The notes: generated by a model from the sequence alone, not told the origin. Numbered from the stretch's first letter, positions 9,661 through 19,482 are shown. The stretch: DNA of 64,000 bases from Candidatus Latescibacterota bacterium (GCA_963422735.1 OY730476.1:3040001-3104000); one strand, 5' to 3'. Translations and numbers: made by a program.

Positions 9661-10328
9661 TGCGTTCGGTCCCATTCTCCTGTTTGGTTTTTTTGCTCAT
9701 GCTCGTCGCCTTGGGCGCGATTTTTCTGTGGGTACCTACTGAAAAAGAAATGGGAGTTGTCCAGCGAATCTTCTATTTTCACGTGCCGGCGGCGTTTTCT
9801 TCATTTCTGGCCTTTTTTCTCGTATTCGTCGGCAGTGTACAGTATCTGCGCACCCGTGAGGACAAGTGGGATCGCCTAGCACTATGCTCCGCCGAACTGG
9901 GCGTGATCTTTTCGTTGATCGTACTGATCACCGGACCCTTGTGGGCCAAACCCATCTGGGGGGTTTACTGGCGATGGGAGCCGCGCCTAACCTCAATGCT
10001 GATTACTTTCACCATCTATGTAGCCTACCTAATGGTGCGGGGATACGAGTCTCACTCTACCCCAGTACAGCGCATCAGTGCTGTACTGGGCATTCTCGCC
10101 TTCGCCAACGTGCCGTTGGTATATTATGCTGTCGATCTGTGGGCCGCCGGCCAACAGCTACACCCGCCGCGCAACGTAGAACTTGAGCCGACGATGCAAT
10201 ATACCAAGTGGATCTGCTACGTGGCTTTCTTCCTGCTGCTCTTTCGCCTCCTAGCGCAACGCATGGAACTAGCCCGCATTGAAAAAGCTGTGGCACTCCT
10301 GCGGCAAAAACTAATTGACGAAACGTAA
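9657..10328 (+). CDS. ccmC: Heme exporter CcmC
   Basis: RIFYFHVP and the WWD motif WAKPIWGVYWRWEPRLT. Confidence 0.93.
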   Translation: MMRSVPFSCLVFLLMLVALGAIFLWVPTEKEMGVVQRIFYFHVPAAFSSFLAFFLVFVGSVQYLRTREDKWDRLALCSAELGVIFSLIVLITGPLWAKPIWGVYWRWEPRLTSMLITFTIYVAYLMVRGYESHSTPVQRISAVLGILAFANVPLVYYAVDLWAAGQQLHPPRNVELEPTMQYTKWICYVAFFLLLFRLLAQRMELARIEKAVALLRQKLIDET

Positions 10329-10334
10329 GAGATT

Positions 10335-10496
10335 ATGGACAATCTCCACTACTTGTTTGCCGCCTTTGCGGCCGTGTGGATCGTGCTTTTTGCCTATTTG
10401 GCGCGCCTAAACCGGCGCACCGGGGAACTAGGTCGCCAACTCGCAGAGCTTGAGCTGAAGCTGAAGAACAAAAAGGGCAATTTGCCAAAGGGCTAA
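10335..10496 (+). CDS. ccmD: CcmD-family small membrane protein, 53 aa (not in ORF track)
   Basis: Hand translation MDNLHYLFAAFAAVWIVLFAYLARLNRRTGELGRQLAELELKLKNKKGNLPKG: one TM helix plus a basic tail, directly after ccmC. Confidence 0.85.
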   Translation: MDNLHYLFAAFAAVWIVLFAYLARLNRRTGELGRQLAELELKLKNKKGNLPKG

Positions 10497-10510
10497 GAGG
10501 CATGAGTTAG

Positions 10511-10540
10511 TTGACACCTGCTTTGAAGTCGTATTATATT
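10511..10540 (+). promoter_or_regulatory. Putative sigma70 promoter for the DUF151 genes
   Basis: TTGACA at 10511 and TATATT at 10535 (18-bp spacer). Confidence 0.6.
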
Positions 10541-10585
10541 TCACACGTCAATCGGCAATAGCCCACTAAACCGCAGTATACCGCT

Positions 10586-11200
10586 ATGGTTCTGATGGAA
10601 GTCGAGAAGGTCTTAAGCAGCAAATCTCAATCTTTATACCCTGAAGTAGTACTCAAAGAAGTCGAAGGCAACTATTATCTTCACATTGTTATCGGCCGCT
10701 TCGAGGCTGCAGCCATTTCTATGGCCCACAGCAAGCGGCAACCCGTGCGCCCCATCAGCTATGACTTGGCCCATCAGATTCTCGCCAACGTCGACGCTCA
10801 GATAGTCCGGGTCGAAATCACTGACTTTAATTTACGCGAAAGAACGTACTACGCTGAGATTCACCTCGTCGACGACGAGGGTAAGACTCATACACTCGAC
10901 GCACGTCCCAGCGATGCAATTGCCCTAGCCTTGCGCTTTCGTGCGCCAATCTACGCCGCCATCGAGATTCTCAAAGAAGCGGGCTGTGTTCGCTCTGACG
11001 ATGATGAATGGATTACGGCTGACGTTGAGGCCATCGCCAAATCCGTGACCGCACCGCAAGAAGAGCATCCTACCATCGCCGCACCAGCCGTCAATCAGCT
11101 AGAACAACTCAAAAGACGCATGAATCAAGCCATTGCCGAAGAAATCTACGAGGAGGCGGCGCGGCTTCGCGACGAGATTAGTCGTCTCAAACAGGGATGA
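10586..11200 (+). CDS. Bifunctional DNase/RNase (DUF151) with C-terminal UVR domain
   Basis: IGRFEAAAI, RPISYDL and DARPSDAIALA motifs, then UVR motif EEIYEEAARLRDEI. Confidence 0.88.
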   Translation: MVLMEVEKVLSSKSQSLYPEVVLKEVEGNYYLHIVIGRFEAAAISMAHSKRQPVRPISYDLAHQILANVDAQIVRVEITDFNLRERTYYAEIHLVDDEGKTHTLDARPSDAIALALRFRAPIYAAIEILKEAGCVRSDDDEWITADVEAIAKSVTAPQEEHPTIAAPAVNQLEQLKRRMNQAIAEEIYEEAARLRDEISRLKQG

Positions 11201-11886
11201 TTAAGGGAACTTCCTCTTTAGTCGAGATGACCGTAGTCAAGGTTAGCCCCTATTTGCGCGAGGACAGGCCCTTAGTATGGTTGAGCGAGAAGAATGGGAA
11301 ACTCCCACGGCTCCTGCCCATTCCGATTGGAGAATTTGAAGCAGCCGCCATTCAGATGCGGCTAGAAAACGATGGGCCTATACGCCCGATTTCCTACGAC
11401 TTGCTCTCTTCTATGGTCAACAACCTTGCGATACGTATGCGCCAAGTTGTCATTCACAACGTGCGCCGCTCAATTTACTACGCGAGGGTCGTCATTGAGA
11501 AGAATCACACAATAAAAGACATTGACGCACGTCCCAGCGACGCAATCGCTTTGGCCTTGCGCACTGATTCGCCTATCTACGTTTCTCAAACGTTGCTTGA
11601 CGAGGTGGGCTTGGAGCCTTTGGAGACCGACTTGGACGTTGAACACATACTGAATCGCTTCTACGAGTTTGAGGCGCAGATTTCTAAACCGCTCAATACG
11701 GCCAACATCCGTCCACCGAAGCGGAACGCCGAAGAGGCCGAAGCTCAACTGCCCTCCAAAGAAGAGAAAGACGAACTCGGCCTGCTTCAGCACCAGCTAC
11801 AGCAGGCCGTTATCTGCGAAGAATACGAAGAAGCTGCCCGGCTACGCGACGCCATCGAATTGCTCGTTAATAAAGCCAAGCACTGA
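11197..11886 (+). CDS. Bifunctional DNase/RNase (DUF151) with UVR domain, second paralog
   Basis: LPIPIGEFEAAAI, DARPSDAIALA and EEYEEAARLRDAI; ATGA overlap with the upstream gene. Confidence 0.88.
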   Translation: MIKGTSSLVEMTVVKVSPYLREDRPLVWLSEKNGKLPRLLPIPIGEFEAAAIQMRLENDGPIRPISYDLLSSMVNNLAIRMRQVVIHNVRRSIYYARVVIEKNHTIKDIDARPSDAIALALRTDSPIYVSQTLLDEVGLEPLETDLDVEHILNRFYEFEAQISKPLNTANIRPPKRNAEEAEAQLPSKEEKDELGLLQHQLQQAVICEEYEEAARLRDAIELLVNKAKH

Positions 11887-11908
11887 AGTCTAATCTGGGT
11901 GGACGCAG

Positions 11909-12403
11909 ATGAAGTTGCTTAAGATACTGAGCCGTGCGCTGCACACTATGGCCCTACAACCCTTCCTTTGCCTCGCCCTTTTCATTCTTCACGGCTGCCA
12001 TAGCGAAGAAGCAGATCAACGCTTCGCCCATCCGGCCCAGACCTTCCAGACCTATAAGTACGCGCTAGAAAACAGCGACTTTGACCTGCTTTGGGAATGT
12101 TTCAATTCTTCGCAAATGGAGGGAGAAGATCGTCAGAGCTTTGTCGAACGATGGCGGCAAAAGACGCCAGCCGAGATAAAGGCTCACCTGCGGCGAGAAA
12201 TCGCCGAAGAGCGCATCATCAACGAGCGCATAGGTTACTTACTCTTCGATTCTTCTACGCTAAGCGATGAGCGCGCTTCGCCATTTTTTTATTTTCTTCG
12301 CGATTCGAGTGGTTGGAGAATCACTTCTCACCTAGACAGCACCTTCCACCAAGAGTTAGAGCAAGCCATTGAGCGCGGCGAGTATAAATTACCCGATTTC
12401 TAG
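11909..12403 (+). CDS. Hypothetical exported protein, possible lipoprotein
   Basis: Hydrophobic stretch ending LHGC (lipobox-like); start uncertain. Confidence 0.6.
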   Translation: MKLLKILSRALHTMALQPFLCLALFILHGCHSEEADQRFAHPAQTFQTYKYALENSDFDLLWECFNSSQMEGEDRQSFVERWRQKTPAEIKAHLRREIAEERIINERIGYLLFDSSTLSDERASPFFYFLRDSSGWRITSHLDSTFHQELEQAIERGEYKLPDF

Positions 12404-12978
12404 CCTCTTCCCTCCCAACTGGGAGGCTCTAAGTTCCAAGTCCCGATTATGCCCATTATCATATCCCACTGTTTGTCGTCCATCGCCTCTACTAGAGCGA
12501 GGAGGCGCAGCACATCGCGTTCCTTCTGTTTCTTGCGCGCTTGGGCAACTGCCTCTAACCACGGTTGATCCCCGAGCAGAGCCAAGATTTCTGGATTAGA
12601 GAGCACTCCCAAGAGGGCCGGATCCAAAGGATCTTCGCTAGACAGGAGCTTATTAATCACTGGGTCCAACAGCGAGCGCATCATCTTGCCATAGAGAGCG
12701 CGTCCTTCCTCCGAACCCGCCTTAGCCTCATAAGCAGCAATCAACACTCTGTTAGAGTCGAGTTCCAATACCTCGGCCAACTTGATACATACTTCGTCGG
12801 AAGGAACCTTCTCCGCCCTCTCAATTTGTCCTATATAGGTTGCCCATACGCCCTTAGGCCTTCGCGCTGTCACGAGTTGCTCGGCCAATCCTTGCTGACT
12901 CAGGTGGGCTTGTAGCCGGGCCTCCTTGATCATTTCTGCAAACTGCATTCGCGGTTCCTCTGAAGTATTTTCAACCAT
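12400..12978 (-). CDS. XRE-family HTH transcriptional regulator
   Basis: IKEARLQAHLSQQGLAEQL..YIGQIERAEKVPS..IKLAEVL is an HTH_3 pattern. The start may be 12990, 12978 (GGAG RBS) or 12948. Confidence 0.85.
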   Translation of the reverse strand: MVENTSEEPRMQFAEMIKEARLQAHLSQQGLAEQLVTARRPKGVWATYIGQIERAEKVPSDEVCIKLAEVLELDSNRVLIAAYEAKAGSEEGRALYGKMMRSLLDPVINKLLSSEDPLDPALLGVLSNPEILALLGDQPWLEAVAQARKKQKERDVLRLLALVEAMDDKQWDMIMGIIGTWNLEPPSWEGRG

Positions 12979-13000
12979 CTTCTCCGTCATCTTCTCCGTT

Positions 13001-13029
13001 AAAATATGCACACACCAGTAAGTGTGCAA
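13001..13029 (-). promoter_or_regulatory. Putative XRE-gene promoter overlapped by palindromic operator TGCACAC-N8-GTGTGCA (13007-13028)
   Basis: Minus strand reads TTGCAC-N17-TATTTT; a perfect 7-bp inverted repeat covers the spacer and the -35. Confidence 0.55.
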
Positions 13030-13066
13030 GGCTCCGCTTTGGTTTTCTACGCACATGTTTTTCTAC

Positions 13067-13095
13067 TTGACAACACAATCTAGCGTGTGTATGTT
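13067..13095 (+). promoter_or_regulatory. Sigma70 promoter of the ncRNA, with ACAC-N8-GTGT operator in its spacer
   Basis: TTGACA(13067)-N17-TATGTT(13090); ACAC at 13073-76 and GTGT at 13085-88. Confidence 0.7.
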
Positions 13096-13103
13096 TATTT
13101 CTA

Positions 13104-13265
13104 AATAGAGTGTGGCGGTCCGCTAGCGTGGCCAAAGTCCTGATCCGCGAAGCTCGGATTTCCCTTTTCGGGTCGTTGGGATCTTCAAAACTACCTCCCC
13201 ACACCGCCTCGTTTGAGGATCTCACTTGCGTTTCAAGATCACACCATCTGGCCGCCACACTCTTT
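13104..13265 (+). ncRNA. ssrS: Probable 6S RNA
   Basis: 14-bp closing stem (13107-13120 with 13250-13263) and a 12-bp apical stem GGGATCTTCAAA/TTTGAGGATCTC. Segments CCGCTAGCGTGGCCA..CCTGA and TTCAAG..ACACC..GGCCGCC resemble 6S conserved regions as recalled from E. coli. It has its own promoter and terminator. Confidence 0.7.
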
Positions 13266-13268
13266 AAT

Positions 13269-13300
13269 AAGCAGCCCATTTTTAGATGGGCTGCTTTTTT
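13269..13300 (+). terminator. Rho-independent terminator
   Basis: AAGCAGCCCAT-ttttag-ATGGGCTGCTT followed by a T tract. Confidence 0.85.
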
Positions 13301-13341
13301 ATTTTATTCTTTACACCGATTCCTTTACACACCTACACACC

Positions 13342-14457
13342 ATGCGTATTTGTATGGTCGCCTTCACCGACCTGAATTTCGACTATCGCATCTACCGAGA
13401 GGCCACTTCGCTGCGTCGTGCTGGTCACCAAGTCGTCATTGTCGCCGCCTCGTTCAATCTAGCACCTCTCAAGGGATGGGACGATTTTGAAATCTATCCA
13501 ATTCCGCTAGATCGAAGCCGCTCACTGCGCCGCCTCTATCCTTTATTTTGGCAACAAGCCTATCCACTGCTAGTCGATACCCATCCGGATGCCTATCACG
13601 CCCACGATCTAGACTCGCTCTGGCCAGCAGTGCGAGCTGCACAGCGACTAGGTCTGCCCATCGTCTACGACTCGCACGAATTTTGGACCGAACAATCCTC
13701 ACTGGTCAACCGGCCACTGATGCGGTCCTGCTGGAGTTTGCTGGAACGGCGGCTGATAAGACGGGTAGATCGCGTCATAACCGTCAGCGGGTCTATCGCC
13801 CAATCACTTAAGGAGCGTTACCGTCTCGACGAGGTTGTTGTTCTGCGCAATTTGCCGCTATTCCGCCATAAGGTCCAAAGCAACCTGATACGCGAAACGC
13901 TGGCCCTGCCCGATGATTGCCCTATTGTGCTCTACCAAGGAGGATTCCTCACCGAAAATGGCTTGCGCGAGCAAATTGAGGCCGCTGCTGGGTTTGCCGC
14001 CGCCCTAGTTCTGATTGGGGATGGACCTAGCGAACAGGCCCTGCAGAACCAAGTCCGCGCTGCCGGGCTAGACGATCGGGTCTATTTTATTCCCCGGATG
14101 CCCTTTCACCAGCTTCACAATTATACTTGCTCGGCCGACTTAGGGTTGTGTCTGATCAAAGGCACGGGTAAGAGCTTCTATTACTCTCTGCCCAACAAGC
14201 TCTTTGAGTATATGATGGCTGGGCTACCGGTCCTAGCCAGCAACTTTCCTGAAATGCAACGCATCGTCCGCGAAACGCGTGCCGGAGCTACGGTCGATCC
14301 AACCGATATAGCTGCCATTCGAGAGCAGATCACCGCTTTTTTGGACAATGCAGAGCTGCGAGAGGCCTGTGCCAAGGCAAGTCTGCAAGCGGCACAACAC
14401 TATAACTGGGAACGGGAAGCCGCCCAACTCACCCAGCTTTACGCAACCCTAGCATGA
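13342..14457 (+). CDS. Glycosyltransferase family 4
   Basis: YHAHDLD, VYDSHE and PNKLFEYMMAGLPVLAS; start taken at MRICMV. Confidence 0.9.
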   Translation: MRICMVAFTDLNFDYRIYREATSLRRAGHQVVIVAASFNLAPLKGWDDFEIYPIPLDRSRSLRRLYPLFWQQAYPLLVDTHPDAYHAHDLDSLWPAVRAAQRLGLPIVYDSHEFWTEQSSLVNRPLMRSCWSLLERRLIRRVDRVITVSGSIAQSLKERYRLDEVVVLRNLPLFRHKVQSNLIRETLALPDDCPIVLYQGGFLTENGLREQIEAAAGFAAALVLIGDGPSEQALQNQVRAAGLDDRVYFIPRMPFHQLHNYTCSADLGLCLIKGTGKSFYYSLPNKLFEYMMAGLPVLASNFPEMQRIVRETRAGATVDPTDIAAIREQITAFLDNAELREACAKASLQAAQHYNWEREAAQLTQLYATLA

Positions 14458-15395
14458 GTGCCACGCTGACGCTCAGCGTCGTAATGCCTACCTATGACGA
14501 GCCTGAGCGCCTCGAAGCAGCACTTAAGAGCTTATCGCAGCAAGATTATCCCCATGAGGCGATCCAAATCATCGTGGTGGACGACGCCTCCCCCCACTTG
14601 GACGCCGAACGATTGCATGCGGCGGTTGCGCCTTTACAGTTGCGGCTGCTTCGCAACGAACGGAATCAGGGACGCGCTCGGGCGCGCAATGCAGCACTTC
14701 GGGTCGCCAGCGGCGATCTCGTCGTCTTTCTCGACAGCGACATGACCGTCGGCACGAACTTTCTCCGCGCCCATGCCCAACAGCATCAAAACCACGCGGA
14801 AGCCATTTTTATCGGCAACATTCGCTTTGCCAGTGAAATTCCCACCACATCCTTGACCCGCTATCTCGAAGGGAGAGGAGTCCACAGGATCAACGCGGAT
14901 AAGTCCATACCTTTCAAGTGCTTCGTCACCGGCAACTCCTCGGTTCGCCGATCGTCCCTGCTCCGCGTGGGTTTTTTCGACGAGGCTCTCACTGCTTATG
15001 GCGGTGAGGACCTAGAATTGGGGTACCGCCTCCATTTGGCGGGTATTCCGCTTTACTACGCCCCTGAAGCCCTGTCCTATCACTATCACTTGCGTTCATT
15101 GGAGCCGCTTTGTCGTCTGATGCAAACCTATGGTAGCAAGTCAATCCCCATCCTTTTAAACAGGCATCCCGAACTTGACGCCGTACTCCGACTAGATTTT
15201 ATCAGGGCCGGTACATTTTCTCCTCGGCGGCTCGCGCTCCAGCTAGCTCTGTTGTCGCCGATTCACTATCCAATCTACTGGTTGGCCCGCTGGCTTGTGA
15301 AAACCCATGTTCCGGGTCTAGTCTTTAGTTATTTGTTCTGGTCTAGCCGCACTCGAGGTTATCTAAAGGCCATTGCTCATTCAAAGGCGTCTTGA
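14454..15395 (+). CDS. Glycosyltransferase family 2
   Basis: SVVMPTY, IIVVDDAS, FLDSD and GGEDLELGYRL. Confidence 0.9.
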   Translation: MSATLTLSVVMPTYDEPERLEAALKSLSQQDYPHEAIQIIVVDDASPHLDAERLHAAVAPLQLRLLRNERNQGRARARNAALRVASGDLVVFLDSDMTVGTNFLRAHAQQHQNHAEAIFIGNIRFASEIPTTSLTRYLEGRGVHRINADKSIPFKCFVTGNSSVRRSSLLRVGFFDEALTAYGGEDLELGYRLHLAGIPLYYAPEALSYHYHLRSLEPLCRLMQTYGSKSIPILLNRHPELDAVLRLDFIRAGTFSPRRLALQLALLSPIHYPIYWLARWLVKTHVPGLVFSYLFWSSRTRGYLKAIAHSKAS

Positions 15396-15476
15396 CTACC
15401 CAGTAGCCTCTCTAAAAGAATAACCACAGAATAACCACTTAAATTACATACAAATGCCGGAGAAATCCCACGCCTT

Positions 15477-16313
15477 ATGTATGATCACTATCCCAGATTC
15501 TCCCAGATTCTCCGTGTAACCCTACCTGCTCTCCTGCTAGCCCACTTCGTGGTTTGGCCCATCGTTGACCACCTCTTATCCTTACATGCTGGTATTATTG
15601 CCGCCGAATGTACCATTCTGTGGTTTGTAGCCCTTTATATCCGCCGTCATCACCTAATCGCCGAAGACCTGCTTCTGTTAAACGCCACGCCAGTTACGAC
15701 TCTGTTGCTGACAATCCCTATGACTATCTGCTGTAGCCTCTTAGTCGCCGAATTCGACTTGTATCTGGCCTGTCTTCTCGACCAGATAGGTCTATCTATG
15801 CCGCTGCCCTTTCATAAGAACCTGCTGGAGGTTCAGATTCTCCGCGGACTTACGGAGGTACCGAAGGGACTGGTAACGCTAGTGCTAGCACCTGTATTTT
15901 GCGAAGAGCCTCTCTTCCGCGGACTTGTATTCACTAGTCTTTACGCCCATTATGGGCCGCGCTGGGCACTAGGTGGCTCGGCCCTACTCTTCGCCATTTC
16001 GCACTTCAACCCTTGGCAACTGATCCCCCTCTTCCTTTTTGGACTCTTCCTCGGCACTTTAGTCTACTGGACTCACAGCATATATCCCGCCATGCTTGCA
16101 CACGCGATCAACAACTTGGCTTCAATAACTGGGGTCAACTTGCACACGCACTTAGGCATAGATGGCATAGGCCCCTCCCAACATCTCCCCATGCCCTTGG
16201 CCTTGCTCGCCGGCCTAGTCCTGCTTGCTGGCCTCCTGCTTCTTAGCCGCCAATCCGCCATTATGCCGCTGCTGACTAGGAGGGAATTCTATCCGCCTGT
16301 ATGCCGCTGCTGA
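15477..16313 (+). CDS. CPBP (CAAX/Abi) intramembrane metalloprotease
   Basis: EEPLFRG, FAISH and HAINN motifs; multiple TM segments. Confidence 0.85.
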   Translation: MYDHYPRFSQILRVTLPALLLAHFVVWPIVDHLLSLHAGIIAAECTILWFVALYIRRHHLIAEDLLLLNATPVTTLLLTIPMTICCSLLVAEFDLYLACLLDQIGLSMPLPFHKNLLEVQILRGLTEVPKGLVTLVLAPVFCEEPLFRGLVFTSLYAHYGPRWALGGSALLFAISHFNPWQLIPLFLFGLFLGTLVYWTHSIYPAMLAHAINNLASITGVNLHTHLGIDGIGPSQHLPMPLALLAGLVLLAGLLLLSRQSAIMPLLTRREFYPPVCRC

Positions 16314-16337
16314 CTAGGAGGGAATTCTATCCGCCTG
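16262..16337. repeat. Perfect 38-bp tandem duplication
   Basis: TATGCCGCTGCTGACTAGGAGGGAATTCTATCCGCCTG at 16262-16299 and 16300-16337. Confidence 0.95.
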
Positions 16338-16385
16338 ATTATAGTTGAATGGTTAGTGGCATTTTACGTGGAAAAACGTGCCCAA

Positions 16386-17255
16386 TCAGCTCAGCACCTT
16401 CTCTACCGTTTCCCCAATTTCTGCAGGACTCTCACAGATGTGAATCCCTGCTTTCTGCATCGCCGCCATCTTGTCCTCGGCCGTCCCCTTACCACCTGAA
16501 ACAATAGCTCCTGCATGTCCCATCCGCCGCCCCGGAGGTGCCGTGCGTCCCGCAATAAATCCAATGGCAGGCTTATCGTAGCATTCTTTAATATAGGCAG
16601 CCGCTTCTTCTTCAGCCGTGCCGCCGATTTCGCCGATTATCACCACCGCATCGGTCTCGGGATCATCTCTGAAGAGTGCCAGCGCGTCCACAAAACGCGT
16701 ACCGATGATTGGGTCTCCGCCAATGCCGATGGCTGTGGACTGGCCTAGGCCCCGTTCAGTAAGCTGACCCACAGCTTCATAGGTCAACGTTCCACTGCGA
16801 GAGATAATACCCACGCGACCTGGGTGGTGAATAAAGTCGGGCATAATGCCGATCTTGCACTTCCCTGGCGAGATGACACCGGGGCAATTAGGCCCGATCA
16901 GCCGAGTAGAGCGCGCCTGTACATAATGGTAGGCTTTAACCATGTCGCTTACGGGAATATTTTCGCTGATACAGATGACTAGCTCGAGACCGGCATCGGC
17001 CGCTTCCATGATCGCGTCGGCGGCAAAGGGGGCTGGCACAAAGATGATCGAAGCATTGGCACCGGAGGCCTTGACGCCTTCGGCGACCGTATTAAACACC
17101 GGAATGCCTTCAAATTCTTGGCCACCTTTGCCAGGCGTTGCTCCTCCGACCACTTTCGTGCCGTACTCCAGCATTTGTCGAGTGTGAAAAGATCCCTCGG
17201 ACCCAGTAATTGCCTGTACAAAGACCTTGGTGTTTTCGTCAATTAAAACGCTCAT
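16386..17255 (-). CDS. sucD: Succinyl-CoA synthetase alpha subunit
   Basis: [18 protein letters not shown] and RMGHAGA. Confidence 0.97.
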   Translation of the reverse strand: MSVLIDENTKVFVQAITGSEGSFHTRQMLEYGTKVVGGATPGKGGQEFEGIPVFNTVAEGVKASGANASIIFVPAPFAADAIMEAADAGLELVICISENIPVSDMVKAYHYVQARSTRLIGPNCPGVISPGKCKIGIMPDFIHHPGRVGIISRSGTLTYEAVGQLTERGLGQSTAIGIGGDPIIGTRFVDALALFRDDPETDAVVIIGEIGGTAEEEAAAYIKECYDKPAIGFIAGRTAPPGRRMGHAGAIVSGGKGTAEDKMAAMQKAGIHICESPAEIGETVEKVLS

Positions 17256-17268
17256 CCCTGTATTCCTC

Positions 17269-18426
17269 TTATCGAATAGTCGCCTTGACCATCTCCGCCG
17301 CGTCTTTCAGCCTGTGCCCAACGGCAAAGTCCATGTCGGAACTTTCCAGCATCTCGGCGGCCATATCCGCGTTGGTCCCAGCCAGTCTCACGACGATCGG
17401 CACATTGACTTCGATATTTTTGCGCGCCTCAATCACGCCTGCGGCCACGCGATCGCAGCGCACAATACCTCCGAAGACATTGATGAGTATGGCCTTTACA
17501 TTTGGGTCGGAAAGCAAAATTCGGAAGCCATTTTCCACGGTCTCAGCACTGGCCCCCCCGCCTACGTCCAGAAAATTGGCTGGCTCAGCACCGGAGAGCT
17601 TGATGATGTCCATAGTGGCCATCGCCAGTCCGGCACCGTTGACCATACAACCGATATTGCCGTCGAGCTTGATGTAGTTTAGGCCGTATTTGGCTGCTTC
17701 GACCTCCAGCTCCTCCTCTTCATCCAGATCGTGCATTTCCGCTAAGTCGGGGTGGCGGAAGAGTGCGTTGTCGTCTATGTCTATTTTGGCATCCAGAGCC
17801 AAGAGCTGTCCACCAGCGGTCGCCACCAAGGGATTGATCTCGACCAGCGAGCAGTCGGCATCGACATAGGCTTTGTAGAGACGAAGGATAAAATCGACGG
17901 CTTGGCGAACCTGCTTACCCTCAAAACCAAGCCCAAATGCCAAGCGCGTCGCTTGGAACGCCTGTAGCCCCACTCCTGGATCAACCGTTTCCCTAAGAAT
18001 TTTCTCTGGGGTCGCAGCGGCGACCGCCTCAATCTCAACTCCGCCCTCTTGGCTGGCCATGACTACTGGCTTGCTCTGGGCCCGGTCGAGAGTGATGCCC
18101 AGATAAAACTCGCGTTCTATATCCGAGGCGCTCTCCACTAGGATTTGCTTGACCTTTTGGCCTTCAGGGCCAGTCTGGTGGGTAACAAGCTGCATGCCGA
18201 GAATTTCGCTGGCCGTTCGGCGAGCCTCTTCGGGGTTAGCGGCCAGTTTGACGCCTCCGCCCTTGCCTCGACCTCCAGCGTGGATTTGGGCCTTAATTAC
18301 GACCCTTCCCCCCAATTCGGCGGCCACGCGTTCAGCTTGGTTCGCTGTCGTGGTCACGGAGCCGCTCGGTACGGCCACTTGGTACTGGCGCAAAATTTTT
18401 TTGGCTTGATATTCGTGAATTTTCAT
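17269..18426 (-). CDS. sucC: Succinyl-CoA synthetase beta subunit
   Basis: [23 protein letters not shown] and [11 protein letters not shown]. Confidence 0.97.
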   Translation of the reverse strand: MKIHEYQAKKILRQYQVAVPSGSVTTTANQAERVAAELGGRVVIKAQIHAGGRGKGGGVKLAANPEEARRTASEILGMQLVTHQTGPEGQKVKQILVESASDIEREFYLGITLDRAQSKPVVMASQEGGVEIEAVAAATPEKILRETVDPGVGLQAFQATRLAFGLGFEGKQVRQAVDFILRLYKAYVDADCSLVEINPLVATAGGQLLALDAKIDIDDNALFRHPDLAEMHDLDEEEELEVEAAKYGLNYIKLDGNIGCMVNGAGLAMATMDIIKLSGAEPANFLDVGGGASAETVENGFRILLSDPNVKAILINVFGGIVRCDRVAAGVIEARKNIEVNVPIVVRLAGTNADMAAEMLESSDMDFAVGHRLKDAAEMVKATIR

Positions 18427-18588
18427 GGGCATTATCTTCTATTCGGTGGAAGGTAAAAGAGTACAAAAATCCCTCTCTACCAGCAAGGCACCCTAGGGGA
18501 CGGCGAGCGCACGTGTCAAGAGGACTGCCGATCGTTGGAAAAGTCCCGTACTATTCAGCCAGCTCCAAAGACCCCGAGGAGGTGGATC

Positions 18589-19321
18589 GTGAAAATCTTG
18601 TTAGTCGGCAGGGCCGGCCACATCGGCACCTGCACTACTCCCTACCTTAAACGCCATCACGATCTGCGCGTGTTGGACCTAGCCAAGCCGCGGCATGAGA
18701 TAGAATACATCGCAGGCTCTATCGCCGACCCGGAGGCCCTCGCCTGTGCCCTAGACGGAGTGGATGCCTTCATCCCAAGGCGGCCTCGACAGCGACCAAA
18801 ACGAGGCCCAGATCGTCAATAATTACACGATCAACTGTCTGGGACTACACCTGCTCCTGTACACGGCTTGGAGGCTCGGTATCAAAAGAGGCCTCCACAC
18901 CTCGACCATGAGCGCCCACTACCGCGCCCGCTCCTATTACCCGTCCGAGGAGGAGGTACCGCTCGATGGCCCCAATGTGTACGGCTTAACTAAGGGGCTA
19001 GCCGAAGGCATTTGCCGCTACTTCGCCCGCCAATTTGATGTGAACTTGGCGGTCCTGCGCATTACCGGCCCGTGCGCCCGGGAGCAATTACTAGAACGAG
19101 CCAAAAACCCACCACACTATCCCCCTAGTAGCCTTTATTTAATCGACGAGGAAGATTTAGCTATGGCCTATCTAGCCGCTTTAGACTATGTATGCACAGG
19201 CCATGGCCGCTGCGACGTCTTCTTCATATCGGGCGACGCCGATCACCGCGAGATGAACATGTCCAAAGCACGAGCGGTCTTGGACTGGGAGCCTAAATCG
19301 CACCTGATGCTGGAGAAGTGA
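18589..19321 (+). pseudogene. Frameshifted NAD-dependent epimerase/dehydratase
   Basis: GAGGAGG RBS and GTG 18589 lead into the Rossmann GRAGHIG motif in one frame. The YGLTK (YxxxK) half is in another frame; the shift lies near 18770. Confidence 0.75.
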
Positions 19322-19404
19322 AAATTCTAAGCGGATAATATGTGCCTGATGACTGCAAGCTCCACGAGGTCTGCCGGAGTCTCCAATCACCTAGACACAA
19401 AGTT

Positions 19405-19436
19405 AAAAAACAGGCCCACCAGAATGGTTGGGCCTG
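19405..19436 (-). terminator. Terminator after rpmA
   Basis: Minus strand CAGGCCC..GGGCCTG followed by TTTTTT. Confidence 0.75.
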
Positions 19437-19482
19437 CCTCAATATCTATGATTTTCGCGTTGTGATTTATTAACGTACCTTC

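Noticed and set aside
13213-13341. N-terminal extension of the GT4 ORF, and ORFs overlapping 13110-13300
   Set aside because: They run through the ncRNA and its terminator; ATG 13342 fits the family N-terminus.
16262-16337. 38-bp repeat as a CRISPR array
   Set aside because: Only two abutting copies, with no spacer and no cas genes.
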